Assembly (NCBI GenBank): GCA_963663895.2
Contig: CAXXRD010000003.1
Coordinates: 96,001-160,000 of the forward strand
Source: Dehalococcoidia bacterium
GTDB taxonomy: Bacteria; Chloroflexota; Dehalococcoidia; Bin125
Length of the DNA stretch: 64,000 nucleotides
Direction of reading: 5' to 3'
In this document: positions 58,766-64,000 of the stretch, in pieces
How positions within the stretch are numbered: position 1 is the first letter of the stretch
Layout of the letters: each line of letters starts with the position of its first letter
Notes under the pieces: generated by a model
What the model was told of the DNA's origin: nothing
Databases searched by the model: none
Seen by the model: only the letters and a program-made list of their open reading frames with translations
Position numbers and translations under genes: made by a program

Positions 58766-61731
58766 GTGCCCGTCCTCGGCTCAAAGGGCAACGCTGCCTG
58801 CTCGGCAGGCGCATCACCCAGCGCCTGGCGGGCCTGATCGCGCAAGGCGTAGAGGGCGGCGATCGCCTCGAGCGGGGTAATCGCGTCGACATCGAGTTCG
58901 GCCAGCTCCTCAGCGAGCTCGGCCCCGGCGCTGGCCACCGGGGCCGAGGATGACTCAGCCCGCAGGAAAGCCGGGGGGCGCTCAGGCTCACGCGCGTCGG
59001 CCTCCAGCGTCCGCAGCAGCTGGCCCGCGCGCGCGAGCAACGGCGCCGGCAGCCCGGCCATCGCCGCGACCTGCAGCCCGTAGGAGCGATCGGCCGCGCC
59101 CGGCTGCACCTTGTAGAGAAAGCGCAGATCCGCCGTCGACGGCGTCTGCAAGGAGGCGCCGTCGCCGCGCCCGGACCCCAAGGAAGCCCCTCCCTCGTCG
59201 ACCGCAACGTGCGCGTTGGCGACGCGCGGATAATCGCCCGCGAGCGCGGTGAGCTCGTGGAAGTGGGTAGCGAAGAGCGTGCGGGGTCCGCCCCCGCTCC
59301 CCCGGCGCCGAAACTCGACCAAGTACTCGAGCAGCGCTTGCGCTACCGCCAGCCCGTCGTACGTGCTCGTGCCGCGGCCGATCTCGTCCAACACCAGCAA
59401 GGAGCGTTCGCTGGCTGCAGCCAGAATGGCGGCGCTCTCCAGCATCTCCACCATGAAGGTGCTCTGCCCAGCAGCGAGGCGGTCGTGCGCGCCCACGCGC
59501 GCAAAAACACGGTCCACCAGCCCGATGCGAGCGTCAGCGGCCGACACGAAGCTCCCGCACTGCGCCATCAGCACGATCAGCGCCGACTGACGCAGGTAGG
59601 TGCTCTTCCCCCCCATGTTGGGACCGGTCAGGACCAGTACCTGCGGCGGTCCCGGAGCGGAACCGGCCTGCAGCTCCATGTCGTTGGGAACGAAGAGGCC
59701 GGAGGATCCGAAAGCGCCGGCGGCGGCTTCCACGATCGGGTGACGGCCTGCACGGATCGTCAGCGCGCCCGAGTGGTCCAAGCGCGGGCGGGTATAGTCG
59801 CGCTCCGCCGCCGCCTCGGCCAGGGCACAGTCGACGTCGAGGCGCGCGACGCCCCGCGCCAACGCCCGCACGGCGGCAGCCTGCGCGCCCAGGTCGCGCC
59901 GCAGCTGTGCGAGCAGCTCGCGCTCCCGGGTCACCAAGGCCTCGCGCGCTTCGAGCGCTTCGGTCTCGAGTGCGCGCAGCCGCGGCGTGACGAAGCGTTC
60001 GCCTCCCGCCAAGGTCTGGCGCCGCTCGTAGTCGGGAGGGACGAGCGCCAGCCCGCTCTTGCTGACCTCGAAGTAGTAGCCAAAGGTCCGGTGATAGCCG
60101 ATCTTGAGGTTGGCGATGCCGCTGCGCTGGCGCTCTTCCGCCTCGAGTTCGGCGATGGCGGCGCGGGCGGTGCGCAGCTGCGCGCGGAACGTGTCGCACG
60201 CGCCGTCCGCGCCGGGACGCAGCACCCCTCCCTCTTCTGCACAGGAGCCGGGACGTTCTTCAAGCCGCGCCGTGATCGCTTCCTGCGCAGCGGCGGCAGG
60301 GCGCAACTCCTCCGCGAACACCTCCCGCAACTCGGCCACGCGCGCGCCGGGCAACGAATCGGCCAGAGCCGTCCCCTCGCCCTCCGGTCCGTCCGACCCG
60401 TCGCCGACCTCCCCCAACGCCTGATCAACGATCCGGCCCAGCCGGGCGGCGGCGGCCAATCCCGCCCCCAGCCGCACCATCTCCGGTGGCGGCCCCAGCC
60501 CGGCAACCGTCCGGGACAGCAGCCGTGCCAAATCCGGAACGGCACCGAGCTCCTCCCGAACGGCCGCCCGCAGCAGCGGCCGCTCGCGCAACAGCTGCAC
60601 CCGGTCTAACCGCGCCTCGATCGGCACCAGCTCCAGAAGCGGCCGCGCCAAGCGATCGCGCAAGAGCCGGCGCCCGGCGGCGGTGCGGGTGCGATCCAGC
60701 ACCCCCAGCAGGGTGGTGGGCGAGCCCTCCCCGCCCTGCCCGGCAGCGCCGCCCGACCGATCCTCGAAGAGGGAGAGCGCGTGCAGCGTGGGACCGTCCA
60801 GGCGCATATAGGCCCCGGGCTCGTGCAAGCGCGGCCGCTCCAACTGCGCCAGCGTCCCTGCTTGGCTCTCCTGCAAGTAAGCGAGCAGGGCTCCGGCAGC
60901 GGCGAGCGCGGCGGGGCGCTCGCTCAACCCCAACCCCTCGATCGCGGCCAGACGGTAGTGCGCGAGCAGAGCAGCCGCGGCCGATTCTGGCTGAAACTGC
61001 GCTGGCGGGCGCGGCGTATGCGCCGGATCCAGCTCCGCCAGCGCCCGCGCCAGCGGCGGCGGCGCAGCGCTTTCCTGCCGCGGCTTCGCTCGGGCCGTTG
61101 CCTCGACAGGGTGCGGCGGCTGCGGCTGCAGGAGCTCTGTGGGCGCCAGCAACTCCAACTCGGCGGCGCAGCGCGCGGCCGCGTCCGCTCCCTTGAACTC
61201 GCAGCAGCGAAACTCGCCGGTGCTCAGGTCAGCCGCCGCGAGTCCCCAGCACCCTCCGGCGGACTCTTGGCGACCCCCGGCTTCCTGCCGGCGCCGCGAC
61301 TCCGGCAGCGCGACGAGGGCGGCGCAGTAGTTGCTGCGACCGCCCGCCAGCAGCGCCGGCTCAAGCGCCGTGCCGGGCGAGACGATCCGCACGACTCCAC
61401 GTCGTACCAAGCGCTTCGCGGCGTGGTCCTTCTCCGGCACTTTGTCTTGGATCTCGCCGGCCGCATTCAGCTGCTCGCAGATGGCGACGCGGTGTCCGTT
61501 GGCAACCAGCCGCGCCAGGTGGCCCTCGACGCTGGCCACGGGCACGCCGGCGAGGGGAACACGGATCCCTTTCCCCAGCGGCTTGCTCGTGAGCGTCACG
61601 CCCAATTCACGGCTGACCAGCTTGGCGTCGTCGTCGAAGGTTTCGTAGAAGTCGCCCAGCCGAAAGAACAGGATCGCGTCCGGGTGGCGCGCCTTGATCT
61701 CCAAATACTGGCGACGGACCGGGGTACTCAG
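58762..61731 (-). CDS. mutS: DNA mismatch repair protein MutS; apparent CTG start
   Basis: TPVRRQY, FRLGDFYE, TGPNMGGKST, STFMVEM, DEIGRGT, ATHFHEL, SYGLQVA. Confidence 0.96.
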   Translation of the reverse strand: MSTPVRRQYLEIKARHPDAILFFRLGDFYETFDDDAKLVSRELGVTLTSKPLGKGIRVPLAGVPVASVEGHLARLVANGHRVAICEQLNAAGEIQDKVPEKDHAAKRLVRRGVVRIVSPGTALEPALLAGGRSNYCAALVALPESRRRQEAGGRQESAGGCWGLAAADLSTGEFRCCEFKGADAAARCAAELELLAPTELLQPQPPHPVEATARAKPRQESAAPPPLARALAELDPAHTPRPPAQFQPESAAAALLAHYRLAAIEGLGLSERPAALAAAGALLAYLQESQAGTLAQLERPRLHEPGAYMRLDGPTLHALSLFEDRSGGAAGQGGEGSPTTLLGVLDRTRTAAGRRLLRDRLARPLLELVPIEARLDRVQLLRERPLLRAAVREELGAVPDLARLLSRTVAGLGPPPEMVRLGAGLAAAARLGRIVDQALGEVGDGSDGPEGEGTALADSLPGARVAELREVFAEELRPAAAAQEAITARLEERPGSCAEEGGVLRPGADGACDTFRAQLRTARAAIAELEAEERQRSGIANLKIGYHRTFGYYFEVSKSGLALVPPDYERRQTLAGGERFVTPRLRALETEALEAREALVTRERELLAQLRRDLGAQAAAVRALARGVARLDVDCALAEAAAERDYTRPRLDHSGALTIRAGRHPIVEAAAGAFGSSGLFVPNDMELQAGSAPGPPQVLVLTGPNMGGKSTYLRQSALIVLMAQCGSFVSAADARIGLVDRVFARVGAHDRLAAGQSTFMVEMLESAAILAAASERSLLVLDEIGRGTSTYDGLAVAQALLEYLVEFRRRGSGGGPRTLFATHFHELTALAGDYPRVANAHVAVDEGGASLGSGRGDGASLQTPSTADLRFLYKVQPGAADRSYGLQVAAMAGLPAPLLARAGQLLRTLEADAREPERPPAFLRAESSSAPVASAGAELAEELAELDVDAITPLEAIAALYALRDQARQALGDAPAEQAALPFEPRTGT

Positions 61732-61973
61732 AACGCCTCCCGCTCACACGTCCCGCTATGCGATCGCCTTACACGGTACCGCGTATACAGGGAAACGTGT
61801 ACCACGCGCCGACCCCGACTGACAAGGCGCCCGCCCGCGCTCCGCCGTGCGTGCGTCGATCCAGCCTACCAAGGCTCGCCTGTAATCGAACGCGCGCTCA
61901 CATAAAGGTGTGCGATGGACCCCATCGACCACGGCAAGCCGCCGCGGAACGGCGGCGTCCAGGAGTCAGCAGC

Positions 61974-63956
61974 CTAAACAGACGACGAAACCGGCTCGTG
62001 GACGGCGCGGGGGGAAGCCGCCGATGCAAAGCGATCCTCGACGACCACTGCTGCGGGCGCCAGCTCGCGGCAGAGACCGCACTGGATGCAGCGCGCGTCG
62101 TCGATCGCCCACCCCTTCCCCGAGGGCAGGCCGTCGATCGCATCAGTGGGGCAGAGATCCGCCGCCTCGGCCAGCGCGGGATGGTCCGGCCTGCTGATCC
62201 GGTGACGGATCAGGCCACGACAGCGGCGGGCCGGACAGCGGCGCTCACGCACGTGCGCCTCCAGCTCCTCGCGGAAGAAGCGCAGGACGCTGCGGACGGC
62301 ATAAGGAGTGAACTGTCCGTGCAAGCAGTTGGCGTTCTGCATCGTGCGGTCGATCGCGCCGATCCGATCGAGGTCGTCGTCACGACCACCGCCGGCAGCG
62401 ATGCGGGTCAGCAACTCCACCAGGCGCTGGCCGCCGCCGAAGCAGGTCGTGCAGCGACCGCAGGACTCGTCCTCGCAAAACTCGCTGAAGTAGAGGGCCA
62501 GGTCCAGCACGCAGGTACGATCGTCGAACAGGATGAGGCCGCCGGATCCCAGCAACAACGAACGCTCGCTGAAGGGGGCCCGCTCCAGCGGCAGATCAAG
62601 ATCGGCAGCGGGCAGAATGCCACCCAGGGGGCCGCCGGGCTGCACACCCTTCGCGGGACGGCCGTCCGGCGTGCCGCCGCCGGCCTCCACGAGCAACGCG
62701 GAGAGGGGCAGCCCGAAGGGCACCTCCAGCACGCCGGGGCGCGCGATGTGCCCGCTGATGCTGAACATCTTGGTACCAGCATCCGCTTGGACGCCGGCCT
62801 CGCGGTACCAGGCGGCGCCGTGACGCAGCACCAACGGCACGTTTGCGTAGGTCTCGACGTTGTTCACGTTGCTGGGCTGAGCGAAAACCCCGCGCTGGGC
62901 GGGGAAAGGCGGGCGGATCTTGGGCATGCCACGCAGCCCTTCGATCGAAGCGATTAGGCCGGTCTCCTCGCCGCAGACGTAGGAACCGGCTCCGCGCGTG
63001 ATCTCGAGGTCGAAGGCGAACCCGCTCCCCAGGATGTCGTCGCCCAGGAGGCCCCGCGCGCGCGCTTGGTCGATGGCGCGCTGCACGCGAGCGATGCTGA
63101 GTGGATACTCGTCGCGGATATAGACATAGCCGTAGCCGGCGCCGGTGGCACGGCCGGCGATGATCATGCCCTCAATCAGCGCGTGGGGGTCCGATTCCAT
63201 CTGCACGCGGTTGACGAAGGCGCCGGGGTCGCCCTCGTCGGCGTTGCAGACCATGTACTTGACGGGGCCGGGGGCGCCCTGCAGAAACTTCCATTTGCGG
63301 CCAGCGGGGAATCCGCCACCGCCGCGGCCACCGACGCCGGCCTCCTCGACAAGGTCGCAGATCGCGAGTGGCTCCATGGCCAAGGCGCGATCCAGCCCAG
63401 CGTAGGCACCGACCGCGAGTGCGTCATCGATCGATTCGGGGTCGACCACGCCCATCCACTGCATCAGGCGCCGCTGTTGACGCCGCCAGAAAGGATGATC
63501 GGCGAGCGCCGGCACGCCCTCGCTCTGATCCTCGGGACGAAGGGGAACGCCGGCATGCGTACCGGGCGGGGAGTCAGGGGAGAAGGGCACGGGCCAAGCC
63601 CGCCAGCCCAACGCCCAGCGGGAACGGGGGTCGCCCTCCGCAACGACGGCGGCCACGAACTCGCCCACCGCATCGGCCGGGACAGGGCCATAGAGCACTG
63701 GGGCCGCGCCCGGGCGCTGGACCTCGACCGTTGGCAGGGCGAAGGAAGCGCCCGTGGTGCCGGTCGCGACGATCGTGCAGTCCAACCGGCGAGCAGCGAC
63801 GGCAGTGCGCAGGGCGGCAAGGGTATGGTCGGCGCCGGCGGCGATGGAAGAGGTGCTGAGATCGACACGCAGCACCGTCCGCTCGGCATCGATCCCCTGG
63901 CGCTCGTCCCAACTGGCGCGGGCGGCGGCGCGCAAGGCAGCATAGCGCTCACTCAC
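61974..63956 (-). CDS. NuoF/HydB-like NADH-binding FMN Fe-S subunit
   Basis: GRGGGGFP.G.KW, CNADEGDPGA, GAGSYVCGEET, NNVET, ESCGRCTTC, C-terminal CIQCGLC; GTG overlaps the stop of an upstream gene cut by the window edge. Confidence 0.9.
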   Translation of the reverse strand: MSERYAALRAAARASWDERQGIDAERTVLRVDLSTSSIAAGADHTLAALRTAVAARRLDCTIVATGTTGASFALPTVEVQRPGAAPVLYGPVPADAVGEFVAAVVAEGDPRSRWALGWRAWPVPFSPDSPPGTHAGVPLRPEDQSEGVPALADHPFWRRQQRRLMQWMGVVDPESIDDALAVGAYAGLDRALAMEPLAICDLVEEAGVGGRGGGGFPAGRKWKFLQGAPGPVKYMVCNADEGDPGAFVNRVQMESDPHALIEGMIIAGRATGAGYGYVYIRDEYPLSIARVQRAIDQARARGLLGDDILGSGFAFDLEITRGAGSYVCGEETGLIASIEGLRGMPKIRPPFPAQRGVFAQPSNVNNVETYANVPLVLRHGAAWYREAGVQADAGTKMFSISGHIARPGVLEVPFGLPLSALLVEAGGGTPDGRPAKGVQPGGPLGGILPAADLDLPLERAPFSERSLLLGSGGLILFDDRTCVLDLALYFSEFCEDESCGRCTTCFGGGQRLVELLTRIAAGGGRDDDLDRIGAIDRTMQNANCLHGQFTPYAVRSVLRFFREELEAHVRERRCPARRCRGLIRHRISRPDHPALAEAADLCPTDAIDGLPSGKGWAIDDARCIQCGLCRELAPAAVVVEDRFASAASPRAVHEPVSSSV

Positions 63957-64000
63957 GAGCGCTGCTCCGCGGCACCGCGCCAAGGCGCGATCGGCAGATC

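Noticed and set aside
61060-61300. Short RQE(S/A) repeats in MutS insertions
   Set aside because: Low-complexity loop insertions without a regular repeat unit

Overview
High-GC (roughly 68%, by eye) chromosomal segment, most consistent with a Chloroflexota/Dehalococcoidia-type bacterium. This placement is inferred from the tmRNA tag GEKELALAA, an LLM oxidoreductase, a Tat family-5 solute-binding protein, GYD proteins and many apparently leaderless genes. Content is mostly metabolic and housekeeping: acs, fhs, malic enzyme, aceA/aceB, acyl-CoA enzymes, dinB, smpB-ssrA, pstS, mutS-mutL and a NuoF/HydB-like subunit. No CRISPR, prophage, rRNA or tRNA was seen; one probable IS1595 relic is present. 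Signals the ORF track misses: (1) a two-domain sulfurtransferase whose catalytic Cys codon is an in-frame TGA followed by a SECIS-like hairpin (a selenoprotein); (2) an intact DAHP-synthase homolog that has lost most catalytic residues; (3) a putative sphingolipid cluster (AUR1/IPC-synthase-like, SPT, reductase, HAD); (4) a His-rich, PPTPPPR-ending ORF resembling copper-sensing arrest peptides, upstream of a CopC/CopD/cytochrome c operon; (5) two paralogous CxHHW...CxxC microproteins with structured leaders; (6) an NCS2 permease fused to a degenerate RsbW-like domain. Eight genes between about 35 and 51 kb are frameshifted, probably through long-read consensus errors, so disruptions there need caution. 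All calls come from manual motif recognition; no searches were run.
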